Part shown: one piece after another, positions 40,292 through 53,177 of the stretch
Layout: each line of letters begins with the position of its first letter
Position numbering within the stretch: position 1 is the stretch's first letter
Notes under the pieces: generated by a model
What the model was told of the DNA's origin: nothing
What the model saw: only the letters and a program-made list of their open reading frames with translations
Database searches by the model: none
NCBI GenBank assembly: GCA_951406725.2
Contig: OX597819.1
Span: forward strand, 5,890,001 to 5,954,000
Source of the DNA: Octopus vulgaris
Taxonomy: Eukaryota
Direction: 5' to 3'
DNA: 64,000 nucleotides
Made by a program: the position numbers and the translations under genes

Positions 40292-41867
40292 CGAAGGATA
40301 GCCTTTTCAGTATTCGAAGGAATATTGATAAAAGGATTACTATTTGGATATAGAATAATGTATACGAGCTGGCATAGGATTTAAATAGTCAAGTCAGGTC
40401 TAGCTTATTCAATAATAGTGAGCAATAAAATTTGATTTCATTATATTCCACTTGAGGGCCTTGATATGATTTAAGGATTTTTTAATTCTCACCGCAGGGG
40501 AAATCTAATAATCAGAATTTCCTCTCCACATAATGTTAGCATTGATTTAACTATTTATGTTTCATGCCGATGCATCCCTTTCTATTTTCCATCATATAGA
40601 AGGAAATAACTGAACCAACCATTACATTGGCAATTTTTATTTTCTTAACATTCTTATAGAAAGAGTAAAATTTATAGCATTGACTATATTTAATCAATCA
40701 GCTTATGCACACCCACCCTCTGTCTTTCCTGGTTTTTCAGTCAATGAAACCAGACTGATTCGGTATGAGCCTCATTGCGTCATTTAACTGTATTTCACTG
40801 GGCAGATGATCTTGTGGTGCCCATCTTCTCTCTAGATTCTTTCGTGTGCTGCTGGTAGGATTTAGCGAAGCATGATCCTCAGTTATGGAGACTTGAATTT
40901 AGTGACTTGCTGCTGTGACCTTCTTTAAATATCGTAAATACAATAAGTGTTGGTCTCTCTGTGAGAAAGCAATAGCCGTCACTCCGCAGGTTATTTTTAA
41001 TTCCCTGAAGCTCACAGACCCTTGTCACTCAGTCAACTGGAAGGAGTTGATAACTTAACCAAAGCCCACCCGACCATGAGATCAATTTTACTAGTGATCT
41101 TGACAGAGAAACGCCACCACGGTACAATTTGAAATCAAAATGTAAAGAGAAAAAATACTGAAATACTATTAGTTCGGTGTCCACCATCTTAGAAGAGGAA
41201 GCAAAAGAAGAAATGGGAAATGTGTAACACACAGTTACACACACACAAATGCATGTACACAGACACTCACGAACGCTCGTGCACACAGACTAATATGAAA
41301 CTTTAACTTCGAATGAAGTAATATATCTGCTACTTGTTTTAAGTGCGTTTTCTCACGTTTATAAATTTAAGGTAAGTATCATTCACTTTTATATACTTAG
41401 ATTCTATTCGGGAACGGAGAATAACACTCTGACCAATATAACAAAAAAATACTGAAATATTCAAATCAAAATTTCGCGAGGCTATTTTAATAGGTTTACA
41501 TTAAATATCTCATTGAAATGACAAACGTCATAAATCGAATGCCATGGAAAACTAACTTGTATGAAAAAGTACCTTCAGAAAACAAGTGGTATGGCTGTGA
41601 AAAGCGTACCACCAAGCAAAAATTAAAAATCTTTCTGATTTCATTAACATGAGAACAAAAGTAACATTTAGAAATTACACAAATAACTTCCAAAATATTT
41701 TTAAGTAATCATAAAATAATATTCGAAACCCTGTCAACAACACATGTTCGATAAGTAAAGAGCAAAACAAACTAATATCAACCAAAAGTTTGTTTATTCG
41801 AAATATGCTGTACATAACTTATGAGAGATGAAACACGAAAACACTTTAATAGGTACAAGCCATAGTA

Positions 41868-42276
41868 CCTTTTCTACTATAAGCGCAAGATTTGAAATTT
41901 TATGTGAGGGGTCTAGTCGATTACATCGACCTTAGTGCTCAACTGGTACTTATTTTATCGATCCAGAAAGGAGAGTTAAGCTGAAAGAAACGCCACTAAG
42001 AATTTTGTTCGGCATGCTCACAATTCTATCAGCTCGTCGTCTTAGGCATAGACAGTAATATCGGTTTCAAATTTCGGCGCAAGGCTAGTAATTTCGGGGT
42101 CAGAGCAAGTCGATTACATCGACCCCAATACTTAACTGGAACTAATTTTATCGTAACCCGAAAGAGATGAAAGGCAAAGTCGACCTCGGCAGAATTTGAA
42201 CTCCTGACGTAAAGACAGACGAAATGCCGCTGAGCATTTTGCCCGGCGTGCTAACGATTTTGCTAGCTCACCGCTT
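41868..42276 (-). mobile_element. Two adjacent SINE family B copies
   Basis: gtcgattacatcgacc..aaggcaaagtcgacctcggc..gctcaccgc. Confidence 0.85.
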
Positions 42277-42820
42277 TAGTAGAGTAACGTCAATAAGGAA
42301 ATACAAACACTAGCATCCCAGCTAATGATAAACGATCGAAATGTTCTTATATAAACAACTAAAAACAAACACAATGTCGTAAGCAAATACATTCTAAACA
42401 TTATTAAACTACAAATTATTATATATCACACAATTTTATTTATAGAATGATAGCGTCTCGGTAATGAAGGGAATCAACAATATCAATAACACTCATCACA
42501 AAGTCACCAAGTTTGAAAAAGTAGGACTTTATAAGTTTGTCACAACACTCCCTCATCGAAAAACTACAAGAGATCAACAATAATTTCGCTACCACTAGTG
42601 ACACTGATATTAGTGTTATAATGCAAGTTAGGCAGTCCCTAAACTTCTGTGACGATTCCTTCCGGGGGAAAAAGGAAGGCGATGTTCTATTTGATGTTGT
42701 CTGAGGAGATTAGGTTAGAGCTGAAATGTGCGAGGTTTGCGCTTGTAACACTGTAGATAGTTCCCGAGACAAATTCAACACTCAAGGCACAAATATTCTT
42801 ATGTCCCTTTGGATAAGTTT

Positions 42821-43239
42821 ACTCTCTTTTACTCTCTTTTACTTATTTCAGTCATTTTGACTGCAGCCATGCTGGAGCACAGCCTTTAGTCGAGCAAATC
42901 GTCCCCAGGACTTATTCTTTGTAAGCCCAGTACTTATTCTATCGGTCTCTTTTGCCGAACCGCTAAGTGACGGGGACGTAAACACACCAGCATCGGTTGT
43001 CAAGCAATGCTAGGGGGACAAACACAGACACACAAACACATACACACACATACATATACATATATATACATATATACGACAGGTTTCTTTCAGTTTCCGT
43101 CTACCAAATCCACTCACAAGGCTTTGGCCAGCCAAAGGCTATAGTAGAAGACACTTGCCCAAGATGCCACGCAGTGGGACTGAACCCGGAACCATGTGGT
43201 TGGTTAGCAAGCTACTTACCACACAGCCACTCCTGCGCC
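42821..43239 (-). mobile_element. SINE family A, full length
   Basis: Near-identical to 10997-11408. Confidence 0.93.
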
Positions 43240-43462
43240 TATGTTTAGGAATATTTTACTAGAAATTTTGAGAGGATTTAACTTGAACTAGCATAAGATA
43301 TGGTCATTTAAAACCTATTAGATATTACATTACATAGATATAAACACTAGTAAATAATATCTTAACAAAGACTGACTACATAACTTCAGAAATTCCTGCT
43401 ATACCCTGCAATCATAAATAACTCAGCAACATGAATAAAATTATGCATATTTTATCTCCGGG

Positions 43463-43705
43463 TGGAGACAAGTTGCTTAGTGGTTAGGGTGTTGGACTCC
43501 TGATCGTAAGACTGTGGTTTCAGTTCCTAGATCGGGCGACGTGTTGTGTTCTTGAGCAAAACACTTCATTCAACGCTGCTCCAGTCCGTTCGGCTGGCAA
43601 AAATGATTAATCTTGCGACGGATCGACGTCCCGTCCAAGTAGAGGAATATATACCCCACAAAATCCAGGAAACCGACCCTATGAGACTATATGACTCGGG
43701 AAGGA
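43463..43705 (+). mobile_element. SINE with family C head and body but a different 3' part
   Basis: ttagtggttagggtgttggactcctgatcgtaag..gtgttgtgttcttgagcaaaacact..cttgcgacggatcgacgtcccgtcca. Confidence 0.75.
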
Positions 43706-43751
43706 TCTCTGTCCTGTTTGTTTTTATTCCTGAACGAAGACAAATTTGGTA

Positions 43752-43921
43752 CTTTACGTTGTGAGTTCAAATTCAGCCGATGTCGACTTTGCCTTTCATC
43801 CTTTCGGGGTCGATAAATTAAGTACCAGTTACGCACTGGGGTCGATGTAATCGACTTAATTCGTTTGTCTGTCCTTGTTTGTCCCCTCTATGTTTAGTCC
43901 CTTGTGGGTAATAAAGAAATA
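43752..43921 (+). mobile_element. SINE family B, 5'-truncated, long LINE-like tail
   Basis: gagttcaaattc..gtcccctctatgtttagtcccttgtgggtaataaagaaata. Confidence 0.88.
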
Positions 43922-44639
43922 GGTACTAATGGTACTGGAAGGGTGATTCAAAGAAGAAATAAATAAATCACATTACATAGACCAGAAAAAGGAGGGAAAG
44001 AAAGAGAAAGTCCGATTTCAGTGTGGACGTAGCATTTAAATAGCAATAGTTTTTATAATTATAAGAAAAAACTTCTAAAGTAGCCACAAATAAATTTTGA
44101 CATCAAAAACTATGTAAAGATTAGTTATATCAGAACAAAAATATCATTATTTGCCATCTTAAAAGTAATAAAAAGAATCACGCATTTAAAGATTAAGTCA
44201 AGCCCCCAACTGCAGTACATCTGCAGCAATTATATATACTGTCTTCTAAATAGCAGGTGCTTAACAAAGACGCTAGTATATCGAGCCAAGGTATCTACTG
44301 CTGTTGGTAATGAGAATAATTACATCGGTCTTATGTTCAAGATCGGACATACTGTGTATATCCACTCCTTCATATCCAGAGATAAACAAAGTTCAATATC
44401 GTTTTCTCTATAGAACATAAGTTTCAAGAGTAAAGAAACAACGCCAATATATCTTGGTCTGTTGTCAAAACTCTAGCATCTTACATCAATGAATGTAAAA
44501 TATGACTGCTGTGCATAGCCGAACAAAAAAACAAAAATTACATTATTTTCATGGAAAGTCTTCAGATGCCGCGCAACAGACAATGACTTGTATCAAAGTG
44601 TAAACACAAAAAAGAAGAAAAAATTTAAAGGGAAGGAAT

Positions 44640-44681
<42 letters not shown>

Positions 44682-44853
44682 CGAAAAGATAGAGAGAGAA
44701 GGAGAGGGAGGAGAGAGAGAGAGAGAGAGAATCTTTTAAAGATACTTTCAGCTGCTAAAATTTAAGCGGCACCCAATAAAATATTGGCAACTTTTGTAGT
44801 TGTTAAACTTAACTACAAGTTACACACTCTCAGCTTACTTTTATAGTTGAGCC

Positions 44854-45186
<333 letters not shown>

Positions 45187-45189
<3 letters not shown>

Positions 45190-45394
45190 GGTGGATCAAA
45201 AGTCACGTATAAAATAAGACTAATACGCTCCAGAACTGTCGAAGACATGCTTCAATTTTTCTAAACTTGAAGAAGATAAATAAAATAATGAATAGATAAG
45301 TACATGCAATTGATCAACAAGATGAACAATAATAATATAACCTAATATAAGTAAAATATCAAATGTTTTGGTGCGTGACTTTTGGGTCACCCCG
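45187..45394. mobile_element. Tc1/mariner-type MITE, 208 bp
   Basis: Imperfect ~23 bp TIRs cagggtggatcaaaagtcacgta and tgcgtgacttttgggtcaccccg. Confidence 0.75.
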
Positions 45395-45509
45395 TGTGTG
45401 TATGTGTGTGTGTATATACATACAAGCATATATATATATATATGTATGTGTGTGTGCGTGTATGTGTGTGTGCGTGTATATATATATATGTATGTGTGTG
45501 TGCGTGTAT

Positions 45510-45910
45510 TCTTTTGCTTGTTTCAGTCATTTGATTGCGGTCATACTGGAGCACCACCCTAAAGGTTTTTTTTAGTCGAACAAATCGACCAGAGGACTCA
45601 TTCTTTGTAAGTTTAGTACTTATTCTATCGGATCCCCTTCCTGAACCGCTAAGTTACGGTGACATAAACACACCAACATCGGTTATTAAGCGATGATGGG
45701 GAGACAAACACAAACGCTAAGAGACGTAATACACACGCTCACACATACATACACACATAAGATGGGCTTCCTTCAGTTTCTGTCAACCAAATCCACTCAC
45801 AAGGCTCTGGCTGGCCCGAGGCTATAGTGGAAGACACTTGCTCAAGATGCCACGTAATGGGACTGACTGGTTGGGAGGCAAGCTTCTTACCACAGAGCCA
45901 CGCCTATGCC
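45510..45910 (-). mobile_element. SINE family A, diverged
   Basis: Colinear with family A. Confidence 0.87.
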
Positions 45911-46064
45911 TATGAAATATATCACTTACCTGGTGATCCTGTGTACCTACATGTGAAACTCAGTGGTAAGAGACCCTATGTGTGTGGCGTGTGTATATAA
46001 TTATATTACATGTATATAATTATATTATGTCTAAAGTGGTACGACAGCATGGCCGCAGTATCTT

Positions 46065-46762
46065 CTTTCTAATGTTTGAAACAAAGATTTTTAGTGTAAG
46101 GAGCAAGTCAATTACATGGACCCCAGTACTTGATTGGTAGCTTATTTTATCAGCTCCGAAATGTCAAAAGACAAAGTCGACCTCACGGGCATTTGAACTC
46201 AGAACGTAGAACCAGGAGAAATGCTGGTAAGAACTTTTGGTCTGCGTGCTAATGATGCAACCTGCTCATCACCTTCGAAAAGCATGAAAATAAATCCTCT
46301 CTGCTATAGGTAAAAGGTCTGAAGTTTTGGGTGAGAGGTAGTCGATTCCATCGACTTAATTGGTACTTTTTTTTTTATAGGCTCCGAAAGAATGAAAGAC
46401 AAAGTCGAACTCGGTGGTTTCTGAACTCAGAGCGTTAAACGAAAAGAAATGCCGCTAAGAATCTGTGTCTGTTCGCCGCCTTCAAAAAGCATAAAATAAT
46501 CCTTTTGCATTCTTTTATTATAGGTAAAAAGGCCTGAAGTTTGTAGGGGAGGAGCAAGTTGAATACATGAATTCCAGTGTTCAGCCGGTACTTATTTCAT
46601 AGACCTCGAAAGGGGAAAAGGTAAACTCGACCTCGGCGCAATTTGAACAATTAAGAACGTAACCACGGACGAAATGCTGCAAAACATTTTGTAAACTTCT
46701 ATTCTTTTCATCGGGTCTACTAACGCTTTTGTCAGCTCAGCGCCTTCCAAAAAGCATAAAAT
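46065..46762 (-). mobile_element. Three tandem SINE family B units sharing a flanking spacer
   Basis: Each unit is followed by ccttc(g/a/c)aaaagcat(g)aaaata at ~46272, ~46479 and ~46743. Confidence 0.8.
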
Positions 46763-46889
46763 AGTAAATGATCACGTGCATATAAACATTGTGGCAGACT
46801 GTTTGAGTGATCGTTACGGCTCTTTACCTTCTGCGCTCATATCTTGCTGCGAACAACTTTGTTTCTCATCTTTGTTGGGGCGGAAGTTG

Positions 46890-49800
46890 GGGCAATAGTG
46901 AAGGTAGTGTCTTTAGACTGGTGGACGTCTACACCCCTACTGGAGTCAAACGCCCGGATTTCTTTAGTCGTCTGGAAGACTTTCTAGGTACGTCTCACCC
47001 TTTACTGTTAGTAGGGTACTGGAATGGAATCATAGACCAACGCTGGGATAATGTGGGAGTAGAAGAACGGGGTACAAAAGCCTCAAGTACCTGATCAACC
47101 AGTTCCAACTGTCTGACAGGTACCGACGAGATTTCCTTAATGCGCCAGTGTGGACCTGGAACAACAGCTTAGGATCATCTGGATCGTATATAGATAGGAT
47201 TTTCACTTGGAAAATAGATAGTAATAGTGTAGGATGTCCACTTTTGAAAATGGTCGCCTATTCTGATCGTAAGTTTGTAATGTGTATGGTCGACCTAGAT
47301 AAGACGCATAGATTAAGACCCGCTTACTAGAAACTGAACCTGTCGTTTCCAGCACGTAAGACTTACAGGGACCGGCTAAACAGTTTAGATAAGCAGAAGT
47401 TGACAGACTGGGTCGTCAACAACAGGAGGTGGGTGACTCTCAAAAGAGAGATTAAAGTAATATCGATAGGGTTTAACAAAGAAATAGTGTTAGAAAAAAT
47501 AGAAAGGAGCAGGGGTTAGTAGCTAAATCAGATGAGGGTGTTTGTAATGGTATTGCAAAGGACGTGCTAGCAGCGAGAATGGCATTAGACCACTACTTCA
47601 ATGCGAAACATGAAGGTTGCATTGTCAGAGCTAAAGCGCGTGCTCTAAGAATCGAGGGGGTCGAAGCTGTTCGATGGACCCACGTTGCGGAGGTGCAGCG
47701 TGGTAAAACCGCTATTCGGTCTTTGACGGGCCGAGATGGACACGAGTTGAGCGATTCCAGGCAGATGTGTGAGGCCTTTCACCAGCACTTTGCTCGGTTG
47801 TTCAAAGAGAGTGGCGGGGCGGAGATGGTGGCAGACTTCAATCCTTACCTCGACGGCTTAACGCGTCTCTCGACAGCCGACGCTGAGCGCTGTGAAAGGC
47901 AGATAACTTCAGCCAAAATTCAAGATGCCCTTGTCGGCATATGTAAATATGCCAGACTTGTATTCCGATATCCTCGAAGCGCTCTTCTACAACTGGCAGC
48001 AGAACTGGAGAATTCCCAGTTTTGTGAACTGGGGCGTAGTGACGCTGATAAAGAAAAACGAAAACAAGAGGGAAACATTAGATAACTACAAGCCAATAAC
48101 TCTGCTTAACATAGAGTTTAAGATTTTGGTCAAGGTGTTAGCGAAGAGGTTGGCACTTGTCGCCGAGGATTTGGTTGGGGAGACACACACGACAACTTCC
48201 ACCTCATGCGATACATCATAGAAAGAGTAGGGTGTGAACCTGGCTTCAGAGGGGCACTTATCAATTTAGATCAATCGAAAGTAATCGGTAGGGTCGATCA
48301 TCGGTATCTGGAAGCTGTCCTCAAAGCGGCTGGCTTCGGCCTCGTCTTCAGAGGCTGGATGGCTGCAATGCACAGCGGCATCTGCTCGGTGGTCAAAGTT
48401 AACGTTCACCTCGCGGAACCATTTCAGATCTCCCGTCTAGGGTTCCCTCTCTCCTGCCTTCTGTATGTATTGATTTTTGAGCCTTTACTGCGAAGCTGGA
48501 GCTGCTGCAGGGCATCCTGCTCGAACCAGGACGCAGAAGGGCTGTGTCGGCTTATGCGGACATCACCGTGATGGTGTCGGACACCTCAGAAATCGAGGTG
48601 GTCGGCACATCATTGGAACAATAGGAAAAGTTGACGGGAGTAAAACTTAACCCGGAAAAGTCGGTGGGCTTGCAACTCGGCACCTAGAGAAGTCCATAAC
48701 TTCCAACAGCGTCGTTGGGCGCTGGACGGATGGACTGGTAAAGTTGCTTGGCGTTTGGTTCGGACCAGACCTCCAGATGGATAAGAATTGGGACGAGGTG
48801 ATGAGTTGGGTAGCCAGTCTCACCCAGAAATGGGATACGAGGAAGCTATTACTGAAAGGTCGGGCTGAGGTGGCGAATGCATAGATCGCGTCCGTCATCT
48901 TGACCGTCGTACCATGATCCCCTCGCGCCTCGACAAGTTGGAGCACCTCCTCTTCTAATTCTTGTGGAGGGGACAGGTTCCATTGATGAGACACTCCAGC
49001 TGCAGCCAACACCTTCTACGCGGAGAGCTGGGTATGCCGTGGCTAATGATACACAGACATGTGGTGAGGATGCATCTCCAGATATTCTGCCTAAACGGTG
49101 AACAGGTGTAGTCGCCGTTTGTCAAACATGTCTTTACCCAGCTCGTCGCCTTGACTGAGCTGCAGTCCTGGGTCAAGAAGAGACCTAAATAGGGTGATTG
49201 GCATCTAGAATTTTGCAAGGCACTCACTGTCCTCTACCAGTCCGGCAATGCGATCAGTGGAACAACCGTTCTCGAGTTCTATAGAGGGTTAGTGGAGGGA
49301 AAGAGCGATGACGCACTCGGAGAGGCACCAGGCATCGACGAAGTCGAACTAATCAGTCTGTTCAGGAGGACTTTCGAGCCGGGAACGATGGACAACTTCC
49401 AGAAATCCCTAGCTTGGAAGTGCTAGTGTGGTAGGGGTGGGGGAAATCTACAAGAAAGGAAGTGCTGTCAGACGGACCTGCCCGAGATGCGCGCAGAGCG
49501 ACGAAACCATTCTGCACGCACTCGTCCTGTCCTTGCATTACTGACTTGTCGAGTTATGGTGAACAGCTGTTATCACGTGTAGGACGGATCCAGCTATTGG
49601 CCGAGTCCATATTGAAAATCGATTCGCTGCCTTCCATTGGTCCGGAAGGGCAGGAAATTTTCGTCTGTCTGATAGAAGTAGCGAAAGAGATTGTATGGTG
49701 GACTAGGTTGAAAGGACTGAAGACAGACACTTTTCTCTTCGGCCAATCCCTCATCAACTTTTTCAAATTTCATTTGGAAAGTAAGATGTGGGTGGAGAGA

Positions 49801-50152
49801 AAAGTGCTGACTGTCAGTACATTTCCTAAAAGGTGGGTGAATGTAGCGAAAATGGTCCGTGTGAGTGGACCTACCCTAATAATGCGTCTGTAGGCTAGTG
49901 AATCAGAAAGGCAGAAGGGTGCTCTTTCTAGATGCCTTCGAAGCGTCGAGTGGTTCAGGAAGGTGGGGTACCTGAGCCCACCCCAGGTGGTTACCCCACA
50001 TCCTGTTGAGGAACTTTCATTGTTATATTCTTTTTGTCTGATACTATTGTTATTGTTTTAATTGTGTTCTCATTTTTTGTGAAAAATTCCAACTGTCCTT
50101 GTCTACTGTATTGTCCCATATAAATCGGCCCTAGTGGTCAATAAATGAAATA
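46890..50152 (+). mobile_element. L1/Tx1-clade LINE, 5'-truncated ORF2 pseudogene (APE endonuclease, RT, C-terminus) plus 3' UTR
   Basis: APE: VDVYTP..LVGYWN, WTW..SYIDRIF..SDRKFV; RT: YKPITLLNIEFKILVKVLAKRL, INLDQSK..RVDH, GFPLS, SAYAD; many stops and frameshifts; tail ggccctagtggtcaataaa. Confidence 0.93.
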
Positions 50153-50169
50153 ATTATCATTATTATTAA

Positions 50170-50567
50170 TGCGGTGAGCTGGCAGAAATGTTAGCAGGTC
50201 GGGCGAAATGCTTAGCAGTATTTCGTCTGCCGCTACGTTCTGAGTTCAAATTTCGCCAAAGTCGACTTTGCCTTTCATCCTTTCGGGGTCGATTAAATAA
50301 GTACCACTTACGCACTGGGGTCGATATAATCGACTTTATCCCTTTGTCTGTCCTTGTTTGTCCTCTCTGTGTTTAGCCCCTTGTGGGTAGTAAAGAAATA
50401 GGTATTTCGTCTGCCGTTACATTCTGAGTTCAAATTCCACCGAGGTCGACTTTGCCTTTCATCCTTTTCAGGTCGATGAATTAAGTACCAGTTGCATACT
50501 GGAGTCGATCTAATCGACTGGCCCCCTCCCCCAAAATGTCGAGCCTTGTGCCTCGAGTAGAAAAGAA
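50170..50567 (+). mobile_element. Dimeric or nested SINE family B (long-tail unit then short-tail unit)
   Basis: Body restarts at gtatttcgtctgccg (50218 and 50402) immediately after the tail gtagtaaagaaata. Confidence 0.9.
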
Positions 50568-50579
50568 TAATTATCATTC

Positions 50580-50944
50580 TTATTAAGGTAGTTTTATTTT
50601 TATAGCGTGCATTCACTTCACTACCGAGCGCAGCTCTGTGTGCCTTGGGTATGTGCTGTGGTTTGTTGTGATGCTCTGATGGTTATTGTATGGAAAGTGT
50701 TCTGCGTAGGATGTGTGCAGTGCCTAGTAGTGCAATTTTCTGTATGTTATATGTGATTGTAAGTCCTGGTGCTTTTGTTATGTATTTGTCTGAATATTTT
50801 TTTATCATGCCTAATGCACCTACTATGATAGGAATTGTTTCTGTTTTTAGGTTCCACATTCTGGTTACCTCTATTTCCAGGTCTTTGTATTTTGAAAGTT
50901 TCTCCATTTCTTTTAGAGACACGTTGTCATCTGCTGGTATTGAT
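50580..50944 (-). mobile_element. R4/Dong-clade LINE, short 3' fragment flanked by (TAA)n
   Basis: SIPADDNV..EKLSKYKDL..IPIIVGALG..IALLGTAHILRR*, then 3' UTR; TAA repeats on both sides. Confidence 0.88.
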
Positions 50945-50967
50945 ATTATTATTATTATTATTATTAT

Positions 50968-52385
50968 GTTTTTTCCTTCTTTCTTCAAATTTTCTTCCGT
51001 TTCTCGCCGAGTGTTTTCCGTACACCTAGGGTAGAGAAGGTCATTGTATGCATTCCCAGATTACACGCGCAAATTCACAGATAAATCACTGGTACTGTAG
51101 TCGCCTTGAGATGCCACATTTTTTCAATTTCTATTATCAAGTCTTTATATTTACTGATCGTGTCAAATTCTTTCGCCGCTATATTGTGATCGCAAGGGAT
51201 ATTCATGTCAATTAATAAACACATCCTTTTTGTCTGATCTTTTATAATAATATCCGGTTTATTAGCTTTTATAGTCTTGTCGGTCTGTACGGGGAAGTCC
51301 CATAGAATCGACACATTTTCTCCCTCAGCCACAGCTTCAGGATGATGTTTATACCATTTCTCAGCGGTTTTGATTTTATAATGCCGACATATTGTCCAAT
51401 GTAAATACTGGCCGACTCTGTCATGTCTTGCTTTATATTCTACAGGTGCTAAGACTCTACACCCTGAGATTAGGTGGTCTGTTGTTTCAATCTCATCGTT
51501 ACAGAATCGGCATTTTGGGTCGGCTCCATTTTTTATCACATTGGCTTGGTAGTTCCGGGTTAATAAGCTTTGATCTCGAGCAGCTAATATGAAACCTTCA
51601 CTCTCTGCTTTTAGCCCTGAGCTTCGTAACCATTGGTGCGTGTGTTTCTGGTCGACATCAGCTTGTTTGCTACAGACCACATACTTGCCATGGAGAGGTT
51701 ACTGTTCCCATCTGCTAGCTAAATTTTCATGTGCTTTTGTCTTTGCAATTAATTTTCTTTGCAGCTGCAGTTGGCGCATTCCCTTCAGCCTGATCAATCT
51801 GATGGGTATCTAAGAGATCAGCAGCGAATTTTTTGCTCTCTTTGAGTATAGAGTGAAGTTTTTTAGGTCTTTCATGTTTTTCAACAAGTTTTAGCATCCA
51901 ATCGTTGGTTGCTTCAAGGTATTTGGCCAGTCCGATTGTGGTGGTTTTGTATGTAAGTTCAGGCTGGATCAAACCTCGACCTCCCTGAGCTCTGGGAAGG
52001 TAAAGGCGATCCATGCCTGCCTTTGGGTGGTGCATCTTATTACAAGTCAGTAGCTTGCGGATTTTTCTGTCAATTTTCATTATTTCACTGGTATTCCAGT
52101 TAAGTACATTGAAGCTATAAAGAACAACTGGTACTGCTGAGGAATTTATGGCTAAAACCTTATTATATGCATTCACCTCAGAATTCAGGACTGCTCGAAC
52201 TCTTCTATAATATCCCTTCCTAACCTTCTCTTTCATGCTTGCATTCTGGATACCAGAACCTTCATTTATTCCTAGGTATTTATAGGTTTGTTCCTGCTCA
52301 AGTTCCTTTATTACTGTTTTGACGTCTAATTCGATTGAACTAGACTTTACCAATTTCCCTTTCTTAAAAGTGGCTTTGGCACAAT
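50968..52385 (-). mobile_element. R4/Dong-clade LINE fragment (RT C-terminus, CCHC finger, restriction-like endonuclease)
   Basis: YKYLG, LYLPRAQGGRGL, CRFC..TTDHLISGC, RHD, KPDIII, LLID, KYKDL; 50968-51075 is a probable 3' UTR ending in (TAA)n. Confidence 0.9.
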
Positions 52386-53177
52386 CGCTGGACATTTTCA
52401 AAATTTCTCCTGTGATTTCGGATTTTTTAAAGTATAATGTTACTATGGAACACGAAGCTCCAATTATATCATTCTGATGGAGTATTGCGCTCAAACAATA
52501 TTAGCATAAACTGTGGAATTTTCCAAGGTAGTAGCAGTAGTATTAAGAATATATACTGAGGATAAAAAAGATAAAGAAATAAAAATGGAATGAATGTAAA
52601 AGGGACACAATAAAGAACGCCAGGAAGATGAAGACGACGTCGAAGAAGAAGAAGAAGAAGAAGAAGAAGAAAGAAAAGGAGAATGAAGAAAGGGAAGAAG
52701 GAAAGGGAAAACGAAGAAATAATAAAAAGGAGAATTAAAAATAGGAAGAAAGAGAAGAAAAATAAGAACGGGAAAGAGGAGAAGAAATTGAAGAATTAAA
52801 GATGCGGAAAAGAGACACAAATGAGTATGTGTGTGTGTGTGTGTGTGTGTGAAAACATCAGTTATAAATAAAAGGAAAGTATTTTCCTACTAGCTGAAAT
52901 ATATCTTACGCTCTGTAAGCGTACAAATTATGTTAATCGATCAAAATAACAAGAGATTAAAGGGATTCAAGGTTCACCCGTCTAATAGCAACAACCAAAG
53001 TGAAAAGCGATTATAAACACATGCACACACACTCATAAACGCATGAATGTGTGCTCATGCATATAGCCTCCCTCAAGTATACACTTATGGACACGTATAC
53101 TTCTAAACAAACAATTTTTTCTATGTATGTATGTATGTATGTATGTATGTATGTATGTATGTATGTATGTATGTATG

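Noticed and set aside
40730-41220. GC-richer unique-looking block as a possible exon
   Set aside because: No convincing open frame with splice sites and no recognisable protein motif
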